In this document: positions 42,903 to 52,861 of the stretch, one piece after another
How the letters are laid out: each line of letters opens with the position of its first letter
Numbering within the stretch: the first letter of the stretch is position 1
From: an uncultured delta proteobacterium
GTDB taxonomy: Bacteria > Desulfobacterota > Binatia > UBA9968
NCBI GenBank assembly: GCA_963804165.1
Contig: CAWDPO010000006.1
Span: 160,001-224,000 of the forward strand
Direction of reading: 5' to 3'
Length of the DNA stretch: 64,000 bases
Program-made: the position numbers and the translations under genes
Notes under the pieces: model-generated
The model's database searches: none
The model's input: only the letters and a program-made list of their open reading frames with translations
What the model was told of the DNA's origin: nothing

Positions 42903-43047
42903 ACATGCTTTCTTTCACGTCTTAAACAGTAGACAGATCCGCCTCCGACTGAACTGCTGCGCTTCAGCTGGCAGCTGATCAGGCTTTGGCTAAGTCTAGA
43001 TTACAAGCAGCCTTTTTTTCTAACATATGCGGACGCCGAATTCCAGT

Positions 43048-43530
43048 TTATCCGAAACCTAATTCCCTCAACTCCTCGAGCATTTTCTGGTGGTGGGTCG
43101 CAGCCCAGTAGACGCGCCGGCAGGTCGGGCAGGAGAAAAATTTTTCTTGCGATGAAAAGACGTAGGGCGGGACGATCGTTTCCAATGTCTCTTTGGGCTT
43201 GGGCTGAAGCACCGTGTTGCATGCGGTGCAGCGGGTAAACAAGTCCCCTTTCAACTGCAAGCCGCATTCGCGGACGACTTGACGCAGTTGTTCGCGAAAC
43301 CGATCGCTTTCGATCAACAAAAAAGCCGGCGGCTGCTTTTTTTTCAAGCTCCGGTCTCGGGTCAGGATCAGGCGGCTCTCGGCGCGTGCGGCGCGGATCA
43401 AGCCATAGCCGGTCAAGTGCCGGCCATAGATCACGTCTTGTCCGATAATGCGCAGCCATTTGGCGAGCCGGCCGAGCATGAAGTCGGCGGCGAATCTCCC
43501 GCCGGATGGTTCACTTTTGATTTCGGTCAT
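43048..43530 (-). CDS. Mut7-C RNase domain protein
   Basis: DFMLGRLAKWLRIIG, LTRD, RCTACN and CPTCRRVYW..TH motifs. Confidence 0.9.
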   Translation of the reverse strand: MTEIKSEPSGGRFAADFMLGRLAKWLRIIGQDVIYGRHLTGYGLIRAARAESRLILTRDRSLKKKQPPAFLLIESDRFREQLRQVVRECGLQLKGDLFTRCTACNTVLQPKPKETLETIVPPYVFSSQEKFFSCPTCRRVYWAATHHQKMLEELRELGFG

Positions 43531-43582
43531 ATTTTGTATTTGAACCCAGCGACCTAAGCCTTTACCATATACGCTCTAACGC

Positions 43583-45034
43583 ATGATTGTGAAGCTATCT
43601 ATCGGTCTGGCGGTCGTGGTGTTTTGGGGCGTGATGAATTTTCTCCTCATAAAGCGCCAGATCAGCGCGCCCGCGCCGGTTCTAACCCTGCATGGCACGG
43701 AGAAAATCACCGACAGCATCGAAGAATGGTGGGGGGTATTTTACCGCGGCGAGAAGATCGGTTATGCGACGCAGACGATTACACCCGAGTCCAAAGGCTA
43801 CAGGCTTAACGACCGATCAGTGTTGAACTTGAATTTGCTGGGCACGGTCCGGCCCGCCATGACCAGTCTGGAAATGGAGGCCAACGAAGATTGGATCCTT
43901 CAAAAATTCGTCTTCGAGCTCAACTCCAAAGAGATCCGCTTCAGCGCGCGCGGGCGAGTTAAGGATCGCCATTTGAGTTTGGAAATCGACTCGGCGGGTC
44001 ACAAATCGACGCGCGACTTGACGTTGACCCAAGCGCCGTATCTGCTCGCTGCCTTAAAACCCTATGTGGTCACCCAGCAGTTGGAGACCGGAAAAAAATT
44101 CCTCTTCAACACCTTCGACCCGTCGACCCTGTCGCAGCAGATAACCATGGTCGTGATCGAAGGCCGCGAACAAATTCGCGTCGGTAATCGCACCGAACCG
44201 GCGATTCGGTTGCGCCAAACCTTTCGCGGAATCTCCGTGGTTTCCTGGGTGGACGGCCACGGGCGCACGCTCAAAGAGGAGTCCCCTGGGGGACTATCGC
44301 TGGTGCGGCAGGAAGTTCAAGAGGCCAAACGCCTCCCGGCGAGCGCGGTATCGCTGGACATGGTGGCCCAAACGGCAATCCCGGTCGCCAAACACATCAC
44401 CGATGCGCAATCAAGAAAGGATATCCAGTTCAAACTCGGCGGCGTCAACCTGGCGAACTTTCCGCTCAACGGCGGAAGACAGACACTCGCATACGATCGG
44501 CTCGATATCCGACTTGAAGACCTGCAACGGCTCAACGTGCCCAAGGTCCCGGTGCGCGGACCGCGCTTCGCCTCGTACCTGCAACCCACGCCATTCCTTC
44601 AAACCGATCATCCCAGCGTCGCTGCGCTCGCCGCAAAAATTGTCCGCGGCGAAAGCGACGCTTACAAAGCGGCGTCAAAAATCAAAGATTGGGTTTACCG
44701 GGAAATCGCCAAAGAACCGACGGTCAGTATCCCCAATGCCCTCGAAGTCCTCCAGACCAAAAAGGGCGACTGCAACGAACACACGGTGCTGTTCAATGCT
44801 TTGGCGCGCGCTGCGGGCATCCCGGCGAAAACGGTCGTCGGAGTGGTCTATCTGCGCGGCGCTTTTTACTACCACGCTTGGTCGGAAGTCTGGCTCGGCG
44901 AATGGGTCTCGCTCGACTCCGTGCTCAATCAATTTCCCGCCGACGTGACTCATATCAAGTTTCTCGAAGGAGAAATCGACCGTCAGCTCGAAATTCTGCA
45001 ATTGATCGGTAATCTCAAAATCGAAGTCTTGTAG
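43583..45034 (+). CDS. Transglutaminase-like domain protein
   Basis: GDCNEH, ARAAGIPA, YHAWSEV and SLD triad motifs; N-terminal anchor. Confidence 0.88.
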   Translation: MIVKLSIGLAVVVFWGVMNFLLIKRQISAPAPVLTLHGTEKITDSIEEWWGVFYRGEKIGYATQTITPESKGYRLNDRSVLNLNLLGTVRPAMTSLEMEANEDWILQKFVFELNSKEIRFSARGRVKDRHLSLEIDSAGHKSTRDLTLTQAPYLLAALKPYVVTQQLETGKKFLFNTFDPSTLSQQITMVVIEGREQIRVGNRTEPAIRLRQTFRGISVVSWVDGHGRTLKEESPGGLSLVRQEVQEAKRLPASAVSLDMVAQTAIPVAKHITDAQSRKDIQFKLGGVNLANFPLNGGRQTLAYDRLDIRLEDLQRLNVPKVPVRGPRFASYLQPTPFLQTDHPSVAALAAKIVRGESDAYKAASKIKDWVYREIAKEPTVSIPNALEVLQTKKGDCNEHTVLFNALARAAGIPAKTVVGVVYLRGAFYYHAWSEVWLGEWVSLDSVLNQFPADVTHIKFLEGEIDRQLEILQLIGNLKIEVL

Positions 45035-45112
45035 GAAGGAAATCATTTTGGATTCTCGGAACGGCAATTCTGTTTTCAATCGAAAATCGGCAATCCAAAA
45101 TCTAAAATTGGA

Positions 45113-45871
45113 ATGATCCAAATCATCAGCCTCAGCAAACATTATGGCAAACTCGCCGCTGTCGATCAGCTCAATCTCACAGTGCCGGCGGGAGAGATCT
45201 TCGGTTTTCTCGGTCCCAACGGCGCGGGTAAGACGACGACCATCCGCGTCATGATGGGGATCTTGAAAGCGACGTCGGGGCAGGTCTTACTCGCCGGCCA
45301 TGACGTCGTGACCGATGCGCAAATCGCCAAGAGCATCGCCGGATTTATCCCCGACCGGCCATTTATCTATGAAAAGCTGAGCGGCGGAGAATTCCTCGAA
45401 TTCGTCGGCAAGCTGCATCGCGTCGAGCCGGGAAGGCTCAAAATGCGCATCGCTGAACTACTCTGCCACTTGGAACTAAGCGCGTGGAAAGACGAGCTCG
45501 TCGAGAGCTACTCGCACGGCATGAAGCAGCGTTTGGTGATCTGCGCCGCGTTGATTCACGAACCGCGCATTCTTATCGTCGACGAGCCGATGGTCGGGAT
45601 GGATCCGCGCGGCGCACGCACGCTTAAGGACCTCTTCTCCGCCCTGGCAAAAAACGGCACGACGATTTTTCTGTCGACGCACAGCATCAGCGTCGCAGAA
45701 GAGATCTGTCACCGCATCGGCATCATTCAGAAAGGCCGGCTCATCGCTTGCGGCACAATGTCAGAGCTGCACCGGCAAGCCGCGGGAAATCACGGCAATC
45801 TCGAAAGCGTCTTCTTGGACTTGACCCGCGAGCAAGTGCACGGCAACGGCAACCTGCAATCTTACTCATGA
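45113..45871 (+). CDS. ABC transporter ATP-binding protein
   Basis: GPNGAGKTT, YSHGMKQR and IVDEP motifs. Confidence 0.93.
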   Translation: MIQIISLSKHYGKLAAVDQLNLTVPAGEIFGFLGPNGAGKTTTIRVMMGILKATSGQVLLAGHDVVTDAQIAKSIAGFIPDRPFIYEKLSGGEFLEFVGKLHRVEPGRLKMRIAELLCHLELSAWKDELVESYSHGMKQRLVICAALIHEPRILIVDEPMVGMDPRGARTLKDLFSALAKNGTTIFLSTHSISVAEEICHRIGIIQKGRLIACGTMSELHRQAAGNHGNLESVFLDLTREQVHGNGNLQSYS

Positions 45872-47559
45872 GTTCCGTCACATTACTGCTTTCCCCGCTC
45901 TGGCTCGGCTGGAAAAATTCGCTTACTCGCGGCGCCGGGTCTTGGTCGCGCCGCTTGCTGATCATAGCACTTGCCGTCTGTTTTTGGATCGGCACGTATC
46001 TCGTGATCCGGCGCGTCTTGCGCTATTTTGAGACGGTTTATGAGCTCGGGCCGGCGCTGGCTTATCAACTTTTGCTGATCATCCTGCTGACCTTTTTGTC
46101 GATGCTTTTGTTCAGCAATCTGGTTGCCGCGCTTTCGACTTATTTTCTCGCGCGCGATCTGGACTTGGTGCATTCAACACCGGTTTCGCCCGACGGGTTT
46201 TTTTTCGCACGCTTGATTCACACCGCGGTCAATTCGTCGTGGATGGTATTGTTTTTTAGCATCCCCATCTTTGCCGCCTATGGCGCGGTGTTCCGCGGCG
46301 GTTGGAGTCTTTATCTCTGGGTCGCCCTGATCTTGCCGCTGTTTTTGCTCATTCCGGCGGCGATAGGAATTTTGGTCACCCACCTCCTGGTCTATTCTCT
46401 ACCAGCGAAAAGAATCCGCGACGTGCTTTTTTTCATCGGCTTGATCGCCTTCATTGTCATGTATTTTTTGTTTCGCTTTTCCCAACCTGAACGCCTTGTG
46501 CATCCGGAGTCCTTCGGCAATTTCATACAATTTTTGACCGCCATGGAAACGCCTTCGTCGCCGTTTTTGCCGAGCAGCTGGTCGGCGGAGATCTTGGCCG
46601 GAATTCTCTTTAGTCGGGAAACCGAACAGGGCTTTTTCTTCGCTCTGCTCGCCAGCTATGCGCTGTTCTTGCCGCTCGTGGCTTCGTGGGTTTCCGGCGC
46701 GGTCTATTTCGACGGCTGGTCCAAGGCCCAGGAGTCGCGCCAAGGCCGGCGCAATCTTGCATGGTTCGATCGCTTACTCGATCGCCTCGTGCAACTGTTT
46801 CCGCTAACGACCCGCGCGATCATGGTCAAGGACATCAAGACCTTTTTGCGCGACACGACCCAATGGTCGCAGATGTTCCTTCTACTCGCCCTGATCGTCG
46901 TCTATCTGTACAACTTCAAAGTGCTGCCTCTGGACCGTTCGCCGATGCCCGCCGGCGTGCTGCGCACTCTCGTTTCATTTGCCAACTTGGCGCTCGCCGG
47001 ATTTGTGCTCAGCGCCGTCGCCGTTCGCTTCGCCTTCCCCGCCATCAGCCTGGAAGGGAAAGCCTTTTGGATTTTGCAGTGTTCGCCGATCTCCCTGCGC
47101 GCCTTGCTCTGGAGCAAATTCTGGTTGATTTTTATTCCACTGCTGGTGCTCGGCGAACTGCTTGTGTTCTTGAGTAACTTGATGCTTCAAGTGCCGCCCT
47201 GGATGATGACGCTTTCGCTCATCACGGTTTGCCTGATGACGTTCGGCATCGCCGCCATCGGCGTTGGCCTCGGCGCGCTTTATCCGAGCTTCGACTATGA
47301 AAATGCCGCAGAAATCCCGACCAGTTTTGGCGGCGCGGTGGCGATGATTATGAGCATCGGATTCATAGCGGCCGCAGTGGCGATCGAAGCCTGGCCGATC
47401 TACCAACTCGCCATGGCGTCCCTTCACCCCGGGCGAGCCGCAGCACCGACACTCTCGCTCATCGCGCCGTCTTTGATCGCTGTCGCAGCACTGACCTGCG
47501 CGGTGGTAGCGCTTTCATTGCGACTTGGGATACGACGGCTCGAACAGCTAAGAGACTGA
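45868..47559 (+). CDS. ABC-2-type exporter permease
   Basis: Many transmembrane segments; ATG overlaps the ATPase stop; KDIKTFLRD and SLEGK motifs. Confidence 0.85.
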   Translation: MSSVTLLLSPLWLGWKNSLTRGAGSWSRRLLIIALAVCFWIGTYLVIRRVLRYFETVYELGPALAYQLLLIILLTFLSMLLFSNLVAALSTYFLARDLDLVHSTPVSPDGFFFARLIHTAVNSSWMVLFFSIPIFAAYGAVFRGGWSLYLWVALILPLFLLIPAAIGILVTHLLVYSLPAKRIRDVLFFIGLIAFIVMYFLFRFSQPERLVHPESFGNFIQFLTAMETPSSPFLPSSWSAEILAGILFSRETEQGFFFALLASYALFLPLVASWVSGAVYFDGWSKAQESRQGRRNLAWFDRLLDRLVQLFPLTTRAIMVKDIKTFLRDTTQWSQMFLLLALIVVYLYNFKVLPLDRSPMPAGVLRTLVSFANLALAGFVLSAVAVRFAFPAISLEGKAFWILQCSPISLRALLWSKFWLIFIPLLVLGELLVFLSNLMLQVPPWMMTLSLITVCLMTFGIAAIGVGLGALYPSFDYENAAEIPTSFGGAVAMIMSIGFIAAAVAIEAWPIYQLAMASLHPGRAAAPTLSLIAPSLIAVAALTCAVVALSLRLGIRRLEQLRD

Positions 47560-47580
47560 AGCCATGAACGGAGATTAACC

Positions 47581-48216
47581 GTGCAGCTTGTTCACACGAT
47601 TTATCAACCCGCCGGCGACGGCCCGTTTCCAACGATCCTGACTCTGCACGGACGCGGCGCCAACGCCTTCGACTTGCTCGGACTCGCGCCCTATCTCTGC
47701 GGCGGAAAGTTTCAGATGATTTGCCCGCAAGGACCGTTGGAAACACCGATCGGTCCCGAGGCCGTCGGCTACGCGTGGTACCCCATGAGCATGGGCGGAC
47801 CGCCGGACGTGGATGCCATTCTGTCTTCGCAAAAAAAACTGCGGGTCGTTCTCGACGAGTGCGTGAAATCCTATCCCATCGACGTCAAGAAGCTTGCGCT
47901 GCTCGGCTTTAGCCAAGGCGGTGTAATGGCGTATGGCCTCGCTCTGTCAGATCCCGGCCGCTTCGCTGCTCTTGCCGTCTTGAGCAGCTGGCTGCCGAAA
48001 GAATTGTTGTCGCAAATCAGCGTGAGCGATGCGGTCCGCTCGCTGCCTACGCTGGTACAGCACGGCACGCAGGATTCGACCATCGAATTAGCGCGTGCGC
48101 GAACTTCAGTAGAAACACTGCGGCAATTTCAAATGCCGCTAGTTTATAAGGAATACGAAATGGGCCACGAAATCAGGCCGAGAAGCCTGTCCGAATTGTC
48201 GACGTGGGCTAAATGA
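47581..48216 (+). CDS. Phospholipase/carboxylesterase (alpha/beta hydrolase); 3' end probably replaced by an insertion
   Basis: LHGRG, GFSQGG, HGTQD and MGHEI motifs. Confidence 0.9.
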   Translation: MQLVHTIYQPAGDGPFPTILTLHGRGANAFDLLGLAPYLCGGKFQMICPQGPLETPIGPEAVGYAWYPMSMGGPPDVDAILSSQKKLRVVLDECVKSYPIDVKKLALLGFSQGGVMAYGLALSDPGRFAALAVLSSWLPKELLSQISVSDAVRSLPTLVQHGTQDSTIELARARTSVETLRQFQMPLVYKEYEMGHEIRPRSLSELSTWAK

Positions 48217-48226
48217 TACCGTACTG

Positions 48227-48264
48227 AAAACGGGGGGTTAGCACATAACCCTCCGTTTTTATTT
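48227..48264 (+). terminator. Intrinsic terminator
   Basis: AAAACGGGGGGTTA-GCACA-TAACCCTCCGTTTT hairpin followed by a T-rich tail. Confidence 0.75.
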
Positions 48265-48289
48265 ACCTTTCCGCCGATACCTCGAAAAA

Positions 48290-48327
48290 CTCATTAGGAC
48301 TGATTAGGACTCATTAAGACTGATTTG
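48290..48327. repeat. Four tandem 10-bp repeats CT(C/G)ATTA(G/A)GA
   Basis: ctcattagga ctgattagga ctcattaaga ctgatttg. Confidence 0.75.
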
Positions 48328-48578
48328 TTTTGAAACGGCTTTGAAACGTGCGTAGCTCAAAAGCCGTTGCCGCTTATGGCCGAGAAGTAGCCCATCGACC
48401 GTTTCAAACGTCTCACCGCGACCGCCGGTCAAGCGGACCCGCCTATTTGACCCGCTTGAACAACACGCCGAGCTTTGATAATAAAATTTTTGCCTAAAAA
48501 GCCGCAGTCGGATGGGGGCGGGCGTCACATCCGGCTGAAATAAGTCTCCCCGGGCAGGTTCCCGCCGATTGCCGGTCG

Positions 48579-48677
48579 AGCCACAAACCTTAGAAAAAAG
48601 GCCGTAACCTCGGTTCACATGTGCTCCGCATGGAGCACTTCCGAAGGTTCGCCTCTGGGGTTTGTGGCTTTTTTTTT
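48579..48677 (+). promoter_or_regulatory. Long stem-loop with poly-U tail (leader/attenuator or sRNA candidate)
   Basis: Nested pairings AGCCACAAACC/GGTTTGTGGCT, AGGC/GCCT, AACCT/AGGTT, GTGCTCC/GGAGCAC, then a run of T. Confidence 0.6.
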
Positions 48678-48700
48678 GGGCAAAACCAAGGAGGGAATTT

Positions 48701-48946
48701 GTGGCAAGAAGGAATCGCGGATTAAAAATGGCGCTCTTGGAACGCTGGAGACAATCAAGGCGATGCCGCCGCCGCGTTGAAAATTAAATTATCGTCTTCT
48801 GTCTCGATTGGTGTCGGGTCAGAAACGACCGTCCAAATCGGAGCGGCAGAAGCTCGCGAATAGTGCTCGGCGCTAAACGAGTCAACGAATTGTTCGCCGA
48901 CCGCGAGCTGCCGAAGAAATCAATTGAGCGAAACAAGCGAATCTGA
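48701..48946 (+). pseudogene. XRE-type helix-turn-helix protein (about three frameshifts; errors or decay)
   Basis: AAGGAGGG RBS plus GTG; joined frames read MARRNRGLKMALLERW...QGDAAAALKINYRLLSRLVSGQKRPSKSERQKLAIVLG...ELF. Confidence 0.6.
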
Positions 48947-49119
48947 GCGAGCCGTCCGGTCAGATTGAGCGATGAACGAGAGCGAGCCGGTACTCTTGAT
49001 TGAGCGCGAGAAAAGAGCGAGCCGTTGCTGCCGATTGAACGTTCTCGCGGAGCGAGCCGAGTCCGAAGATAGAGCACGAACCATGAGCGAGCCGAAGTAA
49101 GCGATTGAGCGTAAATTGG
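48945..49119 (+). repeat. Dual-repeat, dual-spacer array with 35-bp period (TIGR-like guide RNA array candidate)
   Basis: GAGCGAGCCG at 48945, 48980, 49015, 49050, 49085; GATTGAGCG-like at 48963, 48998, 49033, 49068, 49103; ten unique 8-nt spacers. Strand inferred from the flanking genes. Confidence 0.8.
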
Positions 49120-49141
49120 ACGATGGGAAGGGAACAAATTT

Positions 49142-49339
49142 ATGAGTGAATGTGAAAGCTGCGGAAAAGAAACAACAGTCCAAGTTTATACCGTCCCCAC
49201 GAATGGATGGCTCCGACGCGAGACAGCGGCGCTTACCACTGCGATATGGTGCGAATCATGCGCAGAGAAAAACAAGAATTTCATCATCACGGACAAAGAA
49301 ATGCGGTTGCTTGCCGCCTCGCAACGAAGTCGACGATGA
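49142..49339 (+). CDS. Small zinc-binding hypothetical protein
   Basis: CESC...CESC; purine-rich RBS just after the array. Confidence 0.6.
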   Translation: MSECESCGKETTVQVYTVPTNGWLRRETAALTTAIWCESCAEKNKNFIITDKEMRLLAASQRSRR

Positions 49340-49674
49340 GGACGCGGACTAAGTCCGGCAGAGAAAAGCGGAACATAGACGGCGCTGAAACCATCGGAGA
49401 CCTGTTCGAAATTATGCGCACGTCGGCTTATGACATCAGATAGGCAGTCGAGATGACATTACGTATCATCGTCGACGACTGGCGCGCCGATGAATTCGAG
49501 AACGTGCTGCTCTCCGCGATTGGGATACTTGACCGGCCTAAAACACTGCACACAGATACACAGACTCACAAGACACCCAGGAGGAAACACAAGAATTCCC
49601 CGGCGACCGCCGTTCGAAGAGTGAACTGCTTGCGTTTGCGCTCTTGATTGTACTAAACGGACAAGAACTCGAAC

Positions 49675-50185
49675 ATGGACGCGGCGCGCATTTGGCAATT
49701 TATATCGGGAATCAACTGGTGATTCGCTGTCGACGTATTCGCCGCGCTGTTGACGCCTACCATCGCGATAATCACGGTGTATATCGCGTATCAGCAGTGG
49801 AGAGTGAACAAGACGCGGCTCGACCTTGACCTCTACGACCGCCGCTTGTCGATATACAAGGCGTTGGAGGAATTCTACTCCGAATCTTTTGCAAGCGGCT
49901 CTATTAACTATCCGATGGCCGGAAAACTGCGCACCGCGACCGCTGAAGCGCGATTTCTCTTTCCCAGCGAAATCGAAACGTTCCTGGATACGTTACACAA
50001 GAAGTCACTCAGGGTGGCGGGATTGCGTCAACTACTCGACCCAATTTCTGCAATAGCCGGGATTGCCCGTTGGCGACCGGCGCAGTAGAGCGGTCGACGA
50101 AGCGTCAGAATTACTTACTGACATCCAAGAGCAACTCCGAGAGGAAAGTAAGACATTGTTCCGTAAGTATCTAACCCTCGCCTAG
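49675..50185 (+). CDS. Hypothetical protein with N-terminal membrane anchor (frameshifted)
   Basis: TIAIITVYIAYQQW...LDLYDRRLSIY...EARFLF pattern, familiar from mobile-element cargo genes. Confidence 0.6.
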
Positions 50186-50218
50186 CTGGGACCGCAAAAG
50201 AAACCTTGATGCAAAACG

Positions 50219-51110
50219 GTGGCAGATATATTGTCTGGTGACGGAATTAAATTGCTTGGTGACATCGCCGCGCTGTTGTGCGATGCAACCCCGCTACGTA
50301 ATTTGAATTCACCATATGACGCAGTGCATTTTATGGGCAGTCCCCACTATTGTTTTCCCGAATTGCCGCTTGAAAAAAAACGCCTTCAGTCCCGAGTTCT
50401 TGAAGATTACAACAACTTTCTTGCTATCGCCCGTGCTCTTTTAAGGAAGCAACCGGACGCCGTCCGGGTCGAAATCGACGGTTGCGACAAGACCCTTCGT
50501 GAAATTATCGAGCAAGAGCGCGTCTGGCACGCCACGTCGGAGGAAGCCTTAATCGCGGCCACTTCCGCCATCAATGGAATTCTAACGGCGCTTTCGTCTC
50601 TTTACGATTCGAATGAAGGTTCAGTCGTGCTAGTGCCAGACACTAACGCTTTAATTACACAATCGCCGGTAATTCAGAAGTGGCGCTTCAATGACTTCCC
50701 AGAATTCGAAATCCTGCTCGTTCCAACAATCCTGTCAGAGCTGGACAAGCTGAAAATCGAACACCGCAATCCTGCTGTTCGGAAAAAGGCGCAAAGCATC
50801 ATTCGTCAGGTAAAAGAGTACCGGGTGTCGCGGACCACTCTCCGAAGGAGTAACCGTTGTGGCGAATCATATCAGCCTCCGCTCCATCGCGCATGAACCG
50901 CAGGTCAAAGACGCACTACCGTGGCTGGATGCAGATTCGCGAGACGACCGAATTCTAGCCTCATTCGTGGAAGCAATGCGTGCCCATCCTCGTTCAGTCG
51001 TCGCATTGGGTAACGGTGAGATCCCGCCATCAACCTCCAGAACAAAGCCGAGTTCGCCCGAAACGCCTACATTGAGCCGCCCGACCCGCCAGAATCCAAG
51101 GAAACGCGCT
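50219..51110 (+). CDS. PIN-domain protein (frameshifted; 3' end approximate)
   Basis: VLVPDTNALI, VPTILSELDKLK and, in the next frame, DSRDDRILA. Confidence 0.75.
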
Positions 51111-52020
51111 AAACTTGCCCCCGGAATCGTTGCTTTAATTCTATCCGTCAATTGCGTTCTCAAATCCGCTGGTTCTTTCCAGACGATGTGGTTGTATTGG
51201 CGGGTGTCGAAATGAACCGTTCTTTAAGTCGTCCTGGTGACATGACCAAATCACGGGTCGCCCCAAGCCCATAGCGAAGCCTGCTTCGAAATAAACGCCA
51301 GCGCGTTGCAGCGCTGACATCGGCAACGAGAAATTGGCAGGTCCGAATTTCGGCGATGATTTTATCGCAGATTTTTTCGTTGTGATGCTTCTTGTCTATT
51401 CTTACCGCATCCATTTTGCAGTCTATTTTTACCGCTGATTCAATTCCGTTAGTGAACGCGTCATTCATGGATGGGTCGAACGACATAGCGACAAAACATT
51501 TGCCAGGAATGCCGGAAACCGTCGAAGACTGTATTTTCTCCCATCCTTTTGGCTTCACTGTGTATGACCAATTGCCGACGCGCGTCACATATTCAATTTC
51601 GACCAAATTTTCCAACATCCAAGAAAGTTCCTGCCCCCTCGCGGCGTCGACCAGCGCCGGGTCCGTCTTGTCGTCAAACTTCACGGGGAGACCAGGTTTA
51701 GCACGTGCCGCCATTAATTCGAGAAGCCTTTCCAACCTTCTCGCTACGGGGATGTTCTCATGGGATTGCGCGTAAGCTTTCCAATTGTCATCGTCTAGAA
51801 CCACTTCTTCGCCGCGTTCTGATGATTGGCGCGTGTGCGCCGATAGATATGGCAATAGGTCTTTTGTCTCCGCCGTTATACTGTCAGGGCGCAGGGTAGT
51901 GTCGTAAAAACGTCTCGCAATTCTAAAATTTCCACACCCTGCGCACTCTACCCGTGCGTTAACATCTTGGAATAAGCGAGCCTCTCGATTACAAAGCGGG
52001 CATTCATTTGCGGGAAACAT
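51100..52020 (-). CDS. Zinc ribbon + winged-helix-like + nucleoside 2-deoxyribosyltransferase/TIR-like domain protein (frameshifted; 3' end approximate)
   Basis: CPLC...CAGC; KCFVAMSF, ICDKIIAEI...VAD, GVYFEAGFAMGLG and HFDTRQYNHIVW motifs across frames. Confidence 0.75.
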
Positions 52021-52158
52021 TTCTAACAAGACCTCCCGGTATCCGAAATATCGCAATAGGTTTTGGAAGAATTCGAGGACATTTCAGGGACTTTTGTCGT
52101 GCACTTTGGATAGCGACACCAACATGACCGCGTGGGACCGACAAACACAGAAATCTCG

Positions 52159-52848
52159 CTAGCCAAAACGCGACATATAGGTCACAAAGAGCAAAACCAT
52201 GAGAATCATTATCCACACGAGCGTTCTGTGCATCGATTGCAACGCGCCCTTTAGTTCATCCAAGCTAGATGCAACTTGATTAATCTGTGCTCGTGAGGGT
52301 CGCACGCTGTCCTCCGCGTTCCTAGCATCGAGCAAATCGTGAGGGTCACCACCGATTATCGGGACATAGAACTTTATCGATGCAATCGGAAGTTGTGGAG
52401 CGCTTTTGTTGTCCCATATCTTCCCGCTACCATCCGGCTGCCAGTCATAACTCATGCCTGCTACTTTGATTGAAATTCCTGAGGGTAATCGGCCCTGACT
52501 CACTGCGGCAAGCAGAGCATCAAAGCGCCGCCGCGGAATTTGCACATCGAGCGTATAGCTCGCCCTAATATGATACCCTTCGAGTAGTGATTCGCTTTCC
52601 TTGCAGTAGTAGAAAACGCCAATTGGCTTATCGTCATCATCTTTCTCGCCTGTATCCACCAGTCTAAAAATGCCCTCCAGTTTTTCAAAATCTTCTTCGG
52701 TTGACAGTTTCATTGATTCCCGACTCTTTAGTTTCATCTCGCCGACTAAAACGATTTTCTCGTCTTCGCCTTTTTCAACATCCACGAGCAACCGAATTGT
52801 TGTCGGAACCAAATCGAGAATTACTGTGCGGCCAATCACGTCTGTCAT
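52159..52848 (-). CDS. Hypothetical protein with C-terminal transmembrane helix
   Basis: Intact 229-aa ORF in the cargo block; hydrophobic C-terminus. Confidence 0.65.
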   Translation of the reverse strand: MTDVIGRTVILDLVPTTIRLLVDVEKGEDEKIVLVGEMKLKSRESMKLSTEEDFEKLEGIFRLVDTGEKDDDDKPIGVFYYCKESESLLEGYHIRASYTLDVQIPRRRFDALLAAVSQGRLPSGISIKVAGMSYDWQPDGSGKIWDNKSAPQLPIASIKFYVPIIGGDPHDLLDARNAEDSVRPSRAQINQVASSLDELKGALQSMHRTLVWIMILMVLLFVTYMSRFG

Positions 52849-52861
52849 CGTTCGGCTTTCG

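Noticed and set aside
49005-49049. Complementarity between CGCGAGAA (unit 2) and TTCTCGCG (unit 3 spacer)
   Set aside because: A single 8-bp match, partly using repeat bases, not repeated in other units; could be chance.
48945-49119. CRISPR array
   Set aside because: Repeats are 9-10 nt and alternate between two types, spacers are 8 nt, and no cas genes are present.
48784-49183. Minus-strand ORFs (117 aa and 87 aa) across the array
   Set aside because: Low-complexity S/R-rich translations; the 35-bp period does not preserve the reading frame.
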